Shown one piece after another: positions 7,230 through 17,641 of a stretch of 53,963 nucleotides of DNA. The stretch comes from Candidatus Woesearchaeota archaeon (lineage in GTDB: Archaea; Nanobdellota; Nanobdellia; Woesearchaeales; SKGA01), in the NCBI GenBank assembly GCA_046543005.1, contig JBKHAG010000003.1, positions 1-53,963 of the forward strand, read 5' to 3'. The position numbers were made by a program, and so were the translations under genes. The notes under the pieces are model-generated. The model was not told where the DNA came from. It worked only from the letters and a program-made list of their open reading frames with translations, and searched no databases. How positions within the stretch are numbered: the first letter of the stretch is position 1; each line of letters starts with the position of its first letter.

Positions 7230-9644
7230 TTATTTTAATCCCAAGGATTCTTCTTGTTTGGCAATTGCAAGAGTTGTTTTAATTACAGTGTCAGGATTTA
7301 AACTCATTGTTTGAATTCCTGATCGTACTAAAAATTCTGCAAAATCTTGATGATCACTTGGGCCTTGCCCGCAAATACCAATATATTTTCCTTTTTTATT
7401 TGCTACGTTAATAACTTGTTTTACTAATTTTTTTACCGCAGGATTTCTTTCATCAAATTCATCGCTTAGTGTTTCATTATCTCTGTCGATTCCTAATGTT
7501 AATTGTGTAAGATCATTACTTCCAATACTAAAACCATCAAAAATATCTAAAAACTCTTCGGCTAAAAGAACGTTTGAAGGAATTTCACACATACCTATAA
7601 TTTTTAAACCATTTTCTCCTTGTTTAAGCCCGTGTTTTGCAAACTCAGCAATTACTTTATGCGCTTCATTAATCGTTCGACAAAAAGGAACCATTAGTTC
7701 AAGATTTGTGAGACCATATTCTTCTCGAACTTTTTTTACTGCTTGGCATTCAAGAGCAAAACCTGCTTTGTAAGGACCTTGATAATAACGACTCGCTCCT
7801 CTCCAACCAATCATAGGATTATCTTCGAGTGGTTCAAATTCTTTTCCACCAATAAGATTAGCATATTCATTAGTTTTAAAATCGCTCATTCTTAAAATTA
7901 CGGGTTTAGGATAAAAAGCAGCTGCTATTTTTGCTATGCCAAAAGAAAGATTATCAACAAAATATTGACGTTTGTCATCATATCCTTTTGTGAGTTCATC
8001 AATTTGTTTTTTGTCTTCTTTATTTTTTAAGTCGTCATAATGAATAAGTGCAAGAGGATGAATTTTTATATGAGAGCTTACAATAAATTCTTCTCGAGCA
8101 AGACCAACACCATCGCAAGGGATAAAACTTTGTGCAAAAGCAAGTTCAGGATTTGCTAGATTCATCATTATTTTAGTTTTTGTCTTAGGAATTTGACCGA
8201 TTGATTTTTCATCTACTACAAATTTAAGTTCTCCTTCATAGACAAAACCATCATCGCCTGAGCTACAATCGACCGTTATTTCTTGACCGTTTTGAATTTT
8301 TTTTGTTGCGTCATCTGTTCCCACAACGCAAGGCAAACCTAGTTCTCGACTGATGATTGCTGCGTGGCATGTTCTGCCACCACTATTAGTTACAATAGCG
8401 CTTGCTTTTTTCATAATTGGTTCCCAATCAGGATCAGTCATTTCAGTAACTAAAACTTCGCCTTCTTTAAATTCAGATAGTTGAGTTGGCAAATGAAGAA
8501 TTTTTGCGGGCCCCACAGCAACTTTTTGACCTACACTTTTTCCTTGAACTAAAATTTTTGAGTGTTCTTCTAAATGATATGTTTGTATGATTGAGCGATC
8601 TGTTCGTGATTGTACTGTTTCAGGTCGTGCTTGAACAATAAACAATTCTCCTGATTCTCCGTCTTTTGCCCATTCCATATCCATGGGTTTGTAGTGTCGT
8701 GCTTTTTGAGAATAATGATCTTCAATAATAACTGCCCATCGCGCAAGTTCTAAAACTTCGTCATCCGTTATTGCAAAATAATTTTGATTTTTTTTATCTA
8801 CAAAAACATTTTTAGTGAGTTTATTACCGCCATGATCGTAGACCATTTTAATTTTTTTACTTCCTAATTGTTTTGAAATAATGCTTTTTTTACCTTGGCG
8901 AAGTGTTGGTTTAAAAACTACGAATTCATCTGGATTAACAGCTCCTTGAACAACAGTTTCCCCAAGACCGTATGCGCTTGTAATAAAAACAACGTTTTCA
9001 AAACCACTTTCTGTATCAATAGAAAACATTACACCGCTTGCTGCTTTGTCGCTACGCACCATTTTTTGTACGCCAATAGAAAGCCCAATAGAAAAATGAT
9101 CAAATCCTTTTTCTTCTCGATAACTAATTGCCCTATCAGTAAATAAACTTGCAAAGCATTTTTTACAAGAATTGATAAGTTCTTCTTCACCTACTACATT
9201 AAGGTATGTTTCTTGTTGACCTGCAAAACTCGCATCAGGCAAATCTTCAGCTGTTGCACTGCTTCGTACGGCAACATCACAAAGTTTTCCGTATTGTAAT
9301 TGTAAATGATGATATGCTTCTTTGATTACATCTATTAAATCTTGGGGGAAAGGTGCAGATTTTATAATATGTCTTGCCTTTTTTCCACGTCGTGCAAGAT
9401 CAGAAACATCGCCGGTATCTAAATCACGAAGAAGTTCTTGAAGTTGTTCTTTTATCCCGGCGCTTTTTAATACATAATGATATGCTTTTGCAGTAATTGC
9501 AAAACCATTTGGAATACGAACCCCTTTAGGTGTCAACGATACATACATTTCTCCAAGAGATGCGTTTTTACCTCCCACTAAAGGAACATCATCTATTGTA
9601 AGCTGATCAAACCAAAGAATATGAGCATCATTTTTCCAATTCAT
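7230..9644 (-). CDS. ppsA: Phosphoenolpyruvate synthase (pyruvate, water dikinase)
   Basis: N-terminal ATP-grasp (VPLVGGKNASLGEM), phospho-His domain GGRTCHAAIISRELGLPCVVG, and a C-terminal PEP-utilising TIM barrel. ATG at 9644 is preceded by AGGTG. The 41-codon upstream extension in the track is unlikely. Confidence 0.95.
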   Translation of the reverse strand: MNWKNDAHILWFDQLTIDDVPLVGGKNASLGEMYVSLTPKGVRIPNGFAITAKAYHYVLKSAGIKEQLQELLRDLDTGDVSDLARRGKKARHIIKSAPFPQDLIDVIKEAYHHLQLQYGKLCDVAVRSSATAEDLPDASFAGQQETYLNVVGEEELINSCKKCFASLFTDRAISYREEKGFDHFSIGLSIGVQKMVRSDKAASGVMFSIDTESGFENVVFITSAYGLGETVVQGAVNPDEFVVFKPTLRQGKKSIISKQLGSKKIKMVYDHGGNKLTKNVFVDKKNQNYFAITDDEVLELARWAVIIEDHYSQKARHYKPMDMEWAKDGESGELFIVQARPETVQSRTDRSIIQTYHLEEHSKILVQGKSVGQKVAVGPAKILHLPTQLSEFKEGEVLVTEMTDPDWEPIMKKASAIVTNSGGRTCHAAIISRELGLPCVVGTDDATKKIQNGQEITVDCSSGDDGFVYEGELKFVVDEKSIGQIPKTKTKIMMNLANPELAFAQSFIPCDGVGLAREEFIVSSHIKIHPLALIHYDDLKNKEDKKQIDELTKGYDDKRQYFVDNLSFGIAKIAAAFYPKPVILRMSDFKTNEYANLIGGKEFEPLEDNPMIGWRGASRYYQGPYKAGFALECQAVKKVREEYGLTNLELMVPFCRTINEAHKVIAEFAKHGLKQGENGLKIIGMCEIPSNVLLAEEFLDIFDGFSIGSNDLTQLTLGIDRDNETLSDEFDERNPAVKKLVKQVINVANKKGKYIGICGQGPSDHQDFAEFLVRSGIQTMSLNPDTVIKTTLAIAKQEESLGLK

Positions 9645-9929
9645 AAAAACACCTATAGCTTGTTGTAGACAAGACTTTACAATATAATATTTGCAAATAA
9701 TTTTGTAGTAAAAGGAGCAAGAATTTTTTTTGCTCAAGCAAAATATACTGCTTTTGCAAAGTCTCACCTCTTTTTCCCTTTAATACAACACACTCTTATA
9801 AAAAGAGCTTTTTAAATCTTTGTTACTCTTTGAAAAGAACAAAAAAATAAAAATAAGACTAGATAAGACCCAATAATGATAAAAAAAGTAAATAAAAAAT
9901 AATAAAAAAAGAAAAACATTAGCAAACAA

Positions 9930-10988
9930 TTATTTTTTCACATAAATTGTTTGACTGGGATATGCAAAGCCGATGTTTGCTTTTTCAAATCGTTTTTTTA
10001 TTTCTGTATTAATCTCATCTTTTGCTTGCAAAATCATATCTAAATCTGCAATCCAATAGATAACTTGAACATCAAGAGTAGAATCGTTAAAACCCACAAA
10101 ATGAACTAAAGAATTGTCCGCCGTGCTAGGATTTTTCTTAACAATATCTGCAAGTATTTTTTTTGCTTTTTCAAGTTTTGCAGAAGAGGTTGAATATTCT
10201 AAACCAAGTACTTGTCTTACTCGTCGTTTTTTTTCACGACTAATATTTTCTAAAGAAGCGTTAGCAATTTTACTGTTTGGAATAACAACGTGAGTTCCAT
10301 CAAAAGTTTCCATTGTGGTTGTTCGCATACTCAATTCTTTTACAAAACCATCATAACCTTCTACTTTAATTCTATCTCCAACTACAAAAGGTTTACTTGA
10401 AACGACAGCCGCACCACCAAAAATATTTCCTAAAACATCTTGTGCTGCTAATGCGAATGCTAAACCACCAATACCAAGACCTGCTACAAGACCTGTTGGA
10501 TCAACTCCAAAATGGGCTAAAAGTATTCCAATAGTGAGTATCCAAATAATAATTATAATAATTTTTTTAAGCATGGGAAATGCTGTTTTTGACCTGTCTG
10601 AACCTTTCTTTTTGGCAACTGGAGCAACATAATGCTCAAGTATACCTAAAAGTAAGCGAGTAACAAACCAAGATATATTAATAATAACTAAAGTCCAAAT
10701 ACCCTTTTTAATAAAAGGAGTTACTCCCTGAGGGAATGTTAAAATGTTTAATGAAAAATTTAATGCTATAATAAAAATAAGAAAAACAACAGGTCCTCGT
10801 AATGAATGAACTAAAATATCATCAAGATTACTTTTTGTTTTTTTAGAAAAAGCTCCAAAAACTTTTTGGAACAAAAAGTAGACTATTCGTGAGGCAAGAT
10901 ATGTTCCTGCAATGATTAGTAAAGCAAAAAACCATTGCGCCATGGTATTGCCCCACAATGTTTGTTGAAAAAATTCTCCTAAAATCAT
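9930..10988 (-). CDS. MscS-family mechanosensitive channel
   Basis: N-terminal TM helices, a pore-lining TM (GLGIGGLAFALAAQDVLGNIFGG) and a beta-domain (FVVGDRIKVEGYDGFV..VVIPNSKI). Confidence 0.85.
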   Translation of the reverse strand: MILGEFFQQTLWGNTMAQWFFALLIIAGTYLASRIVYFLFQKVFGAFSKKTKSNLDDILVHSLRGPVVFLIFIIALNFSLNILTFPQGVTPFIKKGIWTLVIINISWFVTRLLLGILEHYVAPVAKKKGSDRSKTAFPMLKKIIIIIIWILTIGILLAHFGVDPTGLVAGLGIGGLAFALAAQDVLGNIFGGAAVVSSKPFVVGDRIKVEGYDGFVKELSMRTTTMETFDGTHVVIPNSKIANASLENISREKKRRVRQVLGLEYSTSSAKLEKAKKILADIVKKNPSTADNSLVHFVGFNDSTLDVQVIYWIADLDMILQAKDEINTEIKKRFEKANIGFAYPSQTIYVKK

Positions 10989-11060
10989 GTTATCGCCTCA
11001 TATAATTTTTTTATTTAGTATATTACTTATTTTGTGCACTTTTTTAGTACTGTTGTTTGT

Positions 11061-12065
11061 TTAATTTACTTTATTTGTATAAGATTTTTTTATACATCCC
11101 TTAATATTTTCAACAGTAGTGTCTAAAATTCTTCGTAAAGCTTCATCTGTATAAAAACCTAGATGTGGTGTGATTATCACGTTATCTCGATTCATTAATT
11201 CGTGGTTTTCTACACAAATTTTTAATCGCGTCGGATTAGGGTGTTTTACAAAGGAATATATTCTTTTTTGTTGTTGATCACATTCATACTCTAATACGTC
11301 AAGTGCACAACCAGCGATTCTTTTTTCATCAAGCGCTCGTACGAGAGCATCTGTATCTATAAGTGCTCCTCGAGCAGTATTAATAATAAAAGCATCTGAT
11401 TTCATTAAAGAAATTTCTTTTTCTCCAATAATATGTCTGGTCTGTTCAAATAAAGGCAAATGTAGAGAAATAAAATCAGATTGTTTACAAAGTGTTTGAA
11501 GAGTTACATACGTATAATTTTCTTTTTTTGCAAGACGAGGATTTTTATGAGCATCATAAACAATGACTTTCATTCCAAAAGCTTTAGCATAATGAATCAT
11601 GTATTGTCCAATATGACCAGCACCTACGACGCCAAGAGTTTTTCCAGCGAGATCTCTTCCTCGAAGACCGTGATAATTAAATGAGTGTTTTTTAGTTTGT
11701 GAAACTGCTTGCACAATATGGCGATTTAAAGATAAAAGAAGTGCAAAAGCATGCTCTGCAACGGTATTTTGTCCATAAAAAGGCACTGTGCACACACTAA
11801 TTTTTTTGCTTGTTGCTGCTTGAACATCAATATGATCATAGCCTGTAGACATTGTAGCAATACAACGAAGTTTAGAAAACTTATCAAGAACTTTTTTGTT
11901 AATTTCAGAGAATATGAATATAACGATGATATCTGCATCTTTATAATAAGAAGCGTTTCTTGATGTTAAAGGCTTATCTACAAAGATGAGTTTGTGACGA
12001 GATAATTTTTTTTTTAAATATGCTTTTTCAAAGGGTTCTAATTCAAAACACGCTATAGTTGCCAT
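11061..12065 (-). CDS. D-isomer-specific 2-hydroxyacid dehydrogenase (D-lactate dehydrogenase-like)
   Basis: NAD-binding GVVGAGHIGQ, catalytic region INTARGALID, and C-terminal ITPHLGF. I chose the start at MATIACF; the track start at 12125 adds 20 unlikely residues. Confidence 0.85.
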   Translation of the reverse strand: MATIACFELEPFEKAYLKKKLSRHKLIFVDKPLTSRNASYYKDADIIVIFIFSEINKKVLDKFSKLRCIATMSTGYDHIDVQAATSKKISVCTVPFYGQNTVAEHAFALLLSLNRHIVQAVSQTKKHSFNYHGLRGRDLAGKTLGVVGAGHIGQYMIHYAKAFGMKVIVYDAHKNPRLAKKENYTYVTLQTLCKQSDFISLHLPLFEQTRHIIGEKEISLMKSDAFIINTARGALIDTDALVRALDEKRIAGCALDVLEYECDQQQKRIYSFVKHPNPTRLKICVENHELMNRDNVIITPHLGFYTDEALRRILDTTVENIKGCIKKSYTNKVN

Positions 12066-12257
12066 CAACCTCACACTCCATATAAATCTACAAAAAAGAT
12101 GTTTCAGTGTTTTTATTTTCATCACATATCAGACGGGAATAACATCATCATCAACATGAACAGTATTGTAGATTACTACTTTACAAATTTAAGAGCGTTA
12201 AAAGTATATAAAACTAACTCAAAACAAAGATGGTGCCTTTTTTAAAAATCTTATTTT

Positions 12258-12452
12258 GGCCTTGTTCAAAAAGGAGTTTTTATGTATACTGCCAATTACA
12301 ACAAAAACAGTAATCTGACTATTTACTTACCTGTTTAGCGCCTGCGCGTTATTTGTCCAAAAGCGATAGTAATAACAATAATAATAAAAAAAATAATAAA
12401 AATAAAAATAATAACGCGCAGCATACAAATGTACAGTATTTTAAACAAGGTC
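12258..12452 (-). mobile_element. MITE family A, copy 2 (inverted relative to copy 1)
   Basis: Near-identical to copy 1 apart from the (ATT)n length. Flanks CTTATTTT / (C)TCATTTT. It supplies the spurious N-terminus (MSKSDSNNNNNKKNN...) of track ORF 12353..13699. Confidence 0.85.
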
Positions 12453-12496
12453 TCATTTTGGGAATACTTAAAAAAAGGAAGCAATTTACGTACTGT

Positions 12497-13699
12497 ATGA
12501 AACTCGTGTTAAAAGGAATCGCAGAATGTTTAGATGTTGTTAAAAAAGACATTAAAGAATTAATACATAAAGATAGTTATAGTGAGGAATCACTTATATT
12601 TATTGATGATTGCAGTATAGAAGAAGCAAGTATTTTAGCATATAGATGTCAAAGCATATATGCTTTAGGCATCGTTGTATCCAAACAAGATATAAGCAGT
12701 AGTGCAAGTGATACAAAACACGAAGAAGCAGTTTTTGCAACTATGCAAAAGGGTTCTAAAAAAGATGCTACAAAGATAATACATCAGGGCAGTAGTTTTA
12801 AAATTCAAACGATTAAATGTGTCCAAGAAAAAGAAACATGCACAACGACATATAATGCGGCGATTGGAAGTGCAGTTTCAGATTTTGCTCAAAAAAATAA
12901 TATGGAGTTGTGCGTTGATTTAGATAAGCCTGACTTAGTATTTACTTATTTTGTTCAAAAAGAGCAAAGCATTCTTTGTCTTGATTTAATTGGCGACTCA
13001 CTTCATAAAAGACCCTACAAAATATTTTCCCAATCAAACTCCCTTAATAGTGTTTTAGCATATTGTTTTGCAAAACTATCAGGGGCAAAACAAGGAGACA
13101 CCTTTGTTGATTGTTGTTGTGGAAGTGGCATTATCCCCATAGAAGTTGCACAACAAAACACAAAAACATCCTCATTTGTTTATGAACAAAAATTTATGGG
13201 TCTACGATATCCTTTAAGTAAAGAGGCATTTGAAAACACTCAAAAAGAAATAAAAAATCGTTTACCTGCAAAAAAAGAGTCTCAAGAAAAAATATTTGGT
13301 TTTGATTATAACTTTACAAATATTACTAATGCTAAAAAAAATGCAAAACTTGCAGGAATTCATGAAGTGGTTAGTTTTTCAAAAGTCGCTCTTGATTGGA
13401 TTGATGCAAAATTTGACAAAGGAGAAGTTGACGTGTTAGCAGGAAACCTTCCAAAATTGAGTCAAAGAACAAAAAATGAAAAAGACATAAAAAAATTTTT
13501 AGATGAATTATTTTATCAAGCTCGTTTTATTGTAAAACCAAAAGGTTTTGTAAGTGTTTTATTTAATAATAAAAAATTATTAGAAGATGCTGGTTCTCGA
13601 CACGGTTTTACAGTTATAGAAGAAAGAATTATTCGACAAGGAGAACAAGAATATTTATTTATGAAATTTTCCTGTCCCCAAGAACCCTCGGAGGAATAA
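12497..13699 (+). CDS. THUMP-domain class I SAM-dependent RNA methyltransferase
   Basis: N-terminal THUMP-like region and SAM motif I VDCCCGSGIIPIE. The NPPY-type motif is replaced by AGNLP. Start set at the first ATG outside the MITE (MKLVLKG). Confidence 0.65.
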   Translation: MKLVLKGIAECLDVVKKDIKELIHKDSYSEESLIFIDDCSIEEASILAYRCQSIYALGIVVSKQDISSSASDTKHEEAVFATMQKGSKKDATKIIHQGSSFKIQTIKCVQEKETCTTTYNAAIGSAVSDFAQKNNMELCVDLDKPDLVFTYFVQKEQSILCLDLIGDSLHKRPYKIFSQSNSLNSVLAYCFAKLSGAKQGDTFVDCCCGSGIIPIEVAQQNTKTSSFVYEQKFMGLRYPLSKEAFENTQKEIKNRLPAKKESQEKIFGFDYNFTNITNAKKNAKLAGIHEVVSFSKVALDWIDAKFDKGEVDVLAGNLPKLSQRTKNEKDIKKFLDELFYQARFIVKPKGFVSVLFNNKKLLEDAGSRHGFTVIEERIIRQGEQEYLFMKFSCPQEPSEE

Positions 13700-13701
13700 A
13701 A

Positions 13702-14187
13702 ATGGTCGATTGTGAAATGTGCGGTAAAAAAAACGCTAAAATCAAAGCAAAAGTTGAAGGAACAACAATGACAGTTTGTTTAGAATGTTCAAAATTTGGT
13801 GATGTTGTACATAAGTCAAGAAAAAAAAATAATGTATCTAGTACGAATTCTTTTTATAAAAAAGAACAAAATGAAGAACGAGTTATCACAAATATTAGTC
13901 AAGAAATTAAACGACTTCGTCAAGAAAAAAACATAACTCCTGAAGAACTTGCTAAAAAAGTAAATGAAAAAGAATCAATTATCCTTAAAATAGAATCAGG
14001 ATCGTTTCAACCAAGTATTAAACTTGCAAATAAGTTAGGGAAATTTTTTCAAAAACGGTTCGTAAATAAAGAAACTGACCAAACACACCAATTATCTGAA
14101 GAACAAAAAGATCAAAAAAAATCTAATCAGCGACACGAACCTTTAACCATGGGCGATTTGTTAAGTAAAGCTATGAAGAAAAAATAA
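13702..14187 (+). CDS. MBF1-type transcription cofactor (zinc ribbon + HTH)
   Basis: CEMCG..CLEC zinc ribbon followed by an XRE-type HTH (ITPEELAKKVNEKESIILKIESG). This is the archaeal MBF1 architecture. Confidence 0.8.
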   Translation: MVDCEMCGKKNAKIKAKVEGTTMTVCLECSKFGDVVHKSRKKNNVSSTNSFYKKEQNEERVITNISQEIKRLRQEKNITPEELAKKVNEKESIILKIESGSFQPSIKLANKLGKFFQKRFVNKETDQTHQLSEEQKDQKKSNQRHEPLTMGDLLSKAMKKK

Positions 14188-14282
14188 CTGCGTAGAATTA
14201 TAAAAATAAAAAGCTATTAAAAATAAAGATACAAAAACAGTTTTATACATCAAAGAAAAAATCTTGAGCGCACTAAAGTAAC

Positions 14283-15767
14283 CTATTCATAAGGTCGATA
14301 AGCGTATATTTTGAAATTTTCTTGATGATTAATTAGCGTAAATTGAGAACTATGTTTCATCACAAAAGATAATCCTTCTCGCGTTTCATGCGTTATTTCT
14401 TCAGGTATAGATTCATAAACATAACAAACGTTTTCTTTATTTAATACAGAATAAATTTTTTGAGCAGCAGTCACATCAAATATATCTCGAGTAGTATTTG
14501 TTTGTTCATCAATAATGTTTAAAGAATAAACAGGTTCGATGCCTGTGTAATAATGAACGAATGGACTAAGTTCTTTATTTTTTATAAGAATTTTACAAGA
14601 AACATTTTCTGATGAAGAGACATTAGGTGAAGATGTATCAGAAGTATTTTTTAAAAAAGAAAAGGGTTGTGATAAAGAATTATGATATGAAGAAAGGTCT
14701 TCAAAAGCATCTTTTTGTGAAGACGAAGGATTTTGTTGTGAAAAATCTTGAATTGCAGAAAATGAAGAAAATATAAGAATGCAAAACAACAAAATAAAAA
14801 AAGGTTCTTTTAGCCAAACTAAAGACCAAGATCTTGAAAATAAAGTAGCAAGAGATTGAGCCGCATAAAAAATTAAAATAAATAATGCAATACAACGAGC
14901 TAAAATAAACCATAATGAAAGGATTAATACCAAAGTAATAACTATTTTAGAAAGTAAAGATATTTTTTTTGTATAGACTATAAAACCCCCAATACCAAAA
15001 ACCAAAATAAGTAAAGAAAAACCAAATGAAGCTCCAAAAAAGGAAAAAAGCGCGTTTATAGATAATGACGAACTATAAGAAAAAACAAACAGGGAAGGAT
15101 ATAGTAAAAAGCCTAAGATAAAAAATAGTGCAAAACAAGTTAAAAGCCATGCAACAAATATTTTTTTATATGCGAGCCAACGATCTAAACTAAATAATAA
15201 AAGAGCCACAAACGCAGTTAATGTGTGTGTAAAACTAAGAAGAATAATTACAAAAATAATACTCGCAGTTAAAGTAGTAGTTACTTTTTTTATCTTATGA
15301 GAAAACGTTTTTTTATTTTCATGATTTTTTAATACAAGAAATAATTTACAAAGGAGCAAAAGTAAAAGAATAACGACTTGAATTAATGAAAAGCCCACAA
15401 AAAAATAAAGTAAACCAGGAGTTGTAATTAAAAGAAGTAAAGAAATATAACGTGTCAAAGAAGATGAGGTTAAAGAAAAAATAATAGATCTTGCAAGAAT
15501 AAAGGTTAAAGTAAATATGATAAATGAAAATAAGAGTAAGCTAACAAAAGAGGGAGTGGATGAAAAAAGTAACAAAAACAGTTTATGGATTAAAGAAGAA
15601 GATTCTTGTGAAGACATGATTGTTAAATGTTTATAAGAAAAAGAACCAACAAGTAAGGTTTTTGCTTTTTGAAAACGCAAAAAAAAAGTTGTTGCTAGGA
15701 GTAAAAGACCAAGAATATAAGCTAAAAAACTTTTCCAATCACCTAAAGATTTTTTTGCAATTACCAT
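14283..15767 (-). CDS. Polytopic membrane protein with C-terminal soluble domain (possible GT-C fold, neighbour-like)
   Basis: About 12 hydrophobic segments are followed by an approximately 110-aa soluble tail ending ..CYVYES..FKIYAYRPYE. It has the same architecture and size as the adjacent gene and overlaps it by 7 nt. Confidence 0.3.
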   Translation of the reverse strand: MVIAKKSLGDWKSFLAYILGLLLLATTFFLRFQKAKTLLVGSFSYKHLTIMSSQESSSLIHKLFLLLFSSTPSFVSLLLFSFIIFTLTFILARSIIFSLTSSSLTRYISLLLLITTPGLLYFFVGFSLIQVVILLLLLLCKLFLVLKNHENKKTFSHKIKKVTTTLTASIIFVIILLSFTHTLTAFVALLLFSLDRWLAYKKIFVAWLLTCFALFFILGFLLYPSLFVFSYSSSLSINALFSFFGASFGFSLLILVFGIGGFIVYTKKISLLSKIVITLVLILSLWFILARCIALFILIFYAAQSLATLFSRSWSLVWLKEPFFILLFCILIFSSFSAIQDFSQQNPSSSQKDAFEDLSSYHNSLSQPFSFLKNTSDTSSPNVSSSENVSCKILIKNKELSPFVHYYTGIEPVYSLNIIDEQTNTTRDIFDVTAAQKIYSVLNKENVCYVYESIPEEITHETREGLSFVMKHSSQFTLINHQENFKIYAYRPYE

Positions 15768-17239
15768 CTTATTTCATACACCTTCACATTCGATTTATTA
15801 TATAGTAAAAAACTTTCATCCATTTCTTCAAAAAGAGAAGGTTTACCATATAACTTTTGAGCAAAAATAGAATAATAAACATAAGAGACATCATATGCTT
15901 TAAGTAAACGTTTTACTTCTAGTTCTGATTGAGATAAAAATATTGTTTGAACATCTTCATAACGTTGTTGAACACCAGGTGCAAGCATGAATTCGTTATC
16001 CATAAGAACTTTTCGATTCGTCACTTGAGTTACCACATTGCCTTCATCAACTGAGGCTAAAACTGTTTCTTGAGGATGAGAATGTTGCTTTAAAAAGTGT
16101 AAAGCAGCTATTTCTTGAGGTAAAGGAGCTTTATTTATAACAACTTGATTATATGAAATCGCAGAAAACCAAGTTATACAAAGAAGAAGGAATAATAATA
16201 TAACTAATAATAATTTAAGTTTAGGCAATTTAGTTTTATTAAAAAAGGTGTGTGCTTTGGAAAAAACTATTCCTGAAATAAGCGAAAGGCAAAGAACTAA
16301 AAAAAATAATCCTGATTGAAAGGGTAAAATTGCAAACCAAACTAAAAAACCAAATGAAAGTATTGAGGCACTTAAAAAAACTAATTTTCTATGGCGAATT
16401 TCAAATAAAGCGATGTATACACCTGTAAGACCCAATAATAAAGGTAAAAGTCCAACCACTGAAAGAGCTAAAGGAAAGGAAACGGATTGGAAATAAGAAT
16501 TAACAAGTTGTGCAGGAATACTTTGAGATAATAATTGCGCACCTTTTAAAAATAAGACTTTTTTATACATAAGTAAATGAAACCACAAAACAAACAAACC
16601 AGATACTAAAAATGCTTCAAATTCTTTTTTCTTTATAGAAAATTTTTCTAAACGTAATAAAGCAAAATAAAATAAAAAAATAACTACAAAAAGTAAGGAC
16701 AAAGAACTTACAAAAGAAGAAGTTATTACTAAACCAATAAACCACCAAGGTTTTTCATTTTGGTGTTCAAAACGTAAAAAAGTATACGTGGCGGCTAAAA
16801 AAAATACTGCAAAAACAAGTTCTGAAGAAAGCGTATTTGCAAAAGTGGTTAAAAAAACTGTACTGCTGGCAACAACTGTTGTTGTAAGTAATGCGACACC
16901 TTTTGTAGGAAATAAATAACGAGTTATTAAGTAAGAAAATATCACTATTAAAACTAAAAATATAATGCCTCCGAATTTGAAGAGTATTTGTAAAGGCAAA
17001 ATAAGAGATAATGCAAAACAAAGATAATGAAATAAGCCACCTCCTGCATGAGTTCTTCCTTGATAACTTAAATCATCAGAGGATAAAGGAAATCCTGTTT
17101 GAGCAATTGATTCAATTTGTCGCATTTCAAAATAAGAATCAAAACTAGGATTTGGTGTTTGAGAAGATAAAAATAATTGCGTTGCAACTACACCAATAAG
17201 TAATAAGATAAACAAAAATAGTTCTACTCGTTTATTCAT
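15761..17239 (-). CDS. STT3/AglB-like GT-C membrane protein with degenerate WWDYG motif
   Basis: First-loop motif FDSYFEMRQIE..G..DDLSYQGR resembles STT3 (DPYFNYR..D..YPLGR). The C-terminal VLASVDEGNVVTQVTNRKVLMDN..YDVSYVYYS aligns by eye to the WWDYG..D..YVLV region, but WWDYG is replaced by SVDEG. Confidence 0.45.
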   Translation of the reverse strand: MNKRVELFLFILLLIGVVATQLFLSSQTPNPSFDSYFEMRQIESIAQTGFPLSSDDLSYQGRTHAGGGLFHYLCFALSLILPLQILFKFGGIIFLVLIVIFSYLITRYLFPTKGVALLTTTVVASSTVFLTTFANTLSSELVFAVFFLAATYTFLRFEHQNEKPWWFIGLVITSSFVSSLSLLFVVIFLFYFALLRLEKFSIKKKEFEAFLVSGLFVLWFHLLMYKKVLFLKGAQLLSQSIPAQLVNSYFQSVSFPLALSVVGLLPLLLGLTGVYIALFEIRHRKLVFLSASILSFGFLVWFAILPFQSGLFFLVLCLSLISGIVFSKAHTFFNKTKLPKLKLLLVILLFLLLCITWFSAISYNQVVINKAPLPQEIAALHFLKQHSHPQETVLASVDEGNVVTQVTNRKVLMDNEFMLAPGVQQRYEDVQTIFLSQSELEVKRLLKAYDVSYVYYSIFAQKLYGKPSLFEEMDESFLLYNKSNVKVYEIRW

Positions 17240-17282
17240 AGTAGAAAAATTATGTTCTAGTTTTTATAAGTTACGAAAGAAA

Positions 17283-17458
17283 GGCCTTGTTTAAAATAGT
17301 GTAATTTGTATACTGCGCGTTATTGTTATTATTATTATTGTTATTACTATCGCTTTTGGACAAATAACGCGCAGGCGCTAAACAGGTAAGTAAATAGTCA
17401 GATTACTGTTTTTGTTGTAATTGGCAGTATACATAAAAACTCCTTTTTAAACAAGGCC
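17283..17458 (+). mobile_element. MITE family A, copy 3
   Basis: GGCCTTGTTTAAAA...TTTTTAAACAAGGCC, same core, 33-nt (ATT)n loop. Flanks GAAAGAAA/AAAAGAAG match 6/8. It abuts MITE-B copy 2. Confidence 0.85.
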
Positions 17459-17466
17459 AAAAGAAG

Positions 17467-17641
17467 GGCTCTGTCATCAATGAAATAAAAAGGTATATTG
17501 TCCAACTTAATTATCGCCTTTGGCACTTGTTGACTATGTTTGAGTCATTGATTATAAGTGCGAACTTTACAATTCTTCTTATTCGTTTCAAAAAGAAAAT
17601 TGCAATAAAATATACAAAAATCATACTCTTAAGACAGAGTC
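17467..17641 (-). mobile_element. MITE family B, copy 2
   Basis: Termini GGCTCTGTCAT / AAGACAGAGTC. Perfect 8-bp direct repeat AAAAGAAG at 17459-17466 and 17642-17649. The core TTTTTGAAACGAATAAGAAGAATTGTAAAGTTCGCACTTATAATC matches 5951-5996 in inverted orientation. Confidence 0.8.

Noticed and set aside
12353-12496. N-terminal 48 codons of track ORF 12353..13699 (MSKSDSNNNNNKKNNKNKNNN...).
   Set aside because: This stretch is the read-through of MITE-A copy 2, including its (ATT)n loop. The same DNA occurs non-coding at four other loci. The real start is most likely ATG 12497.
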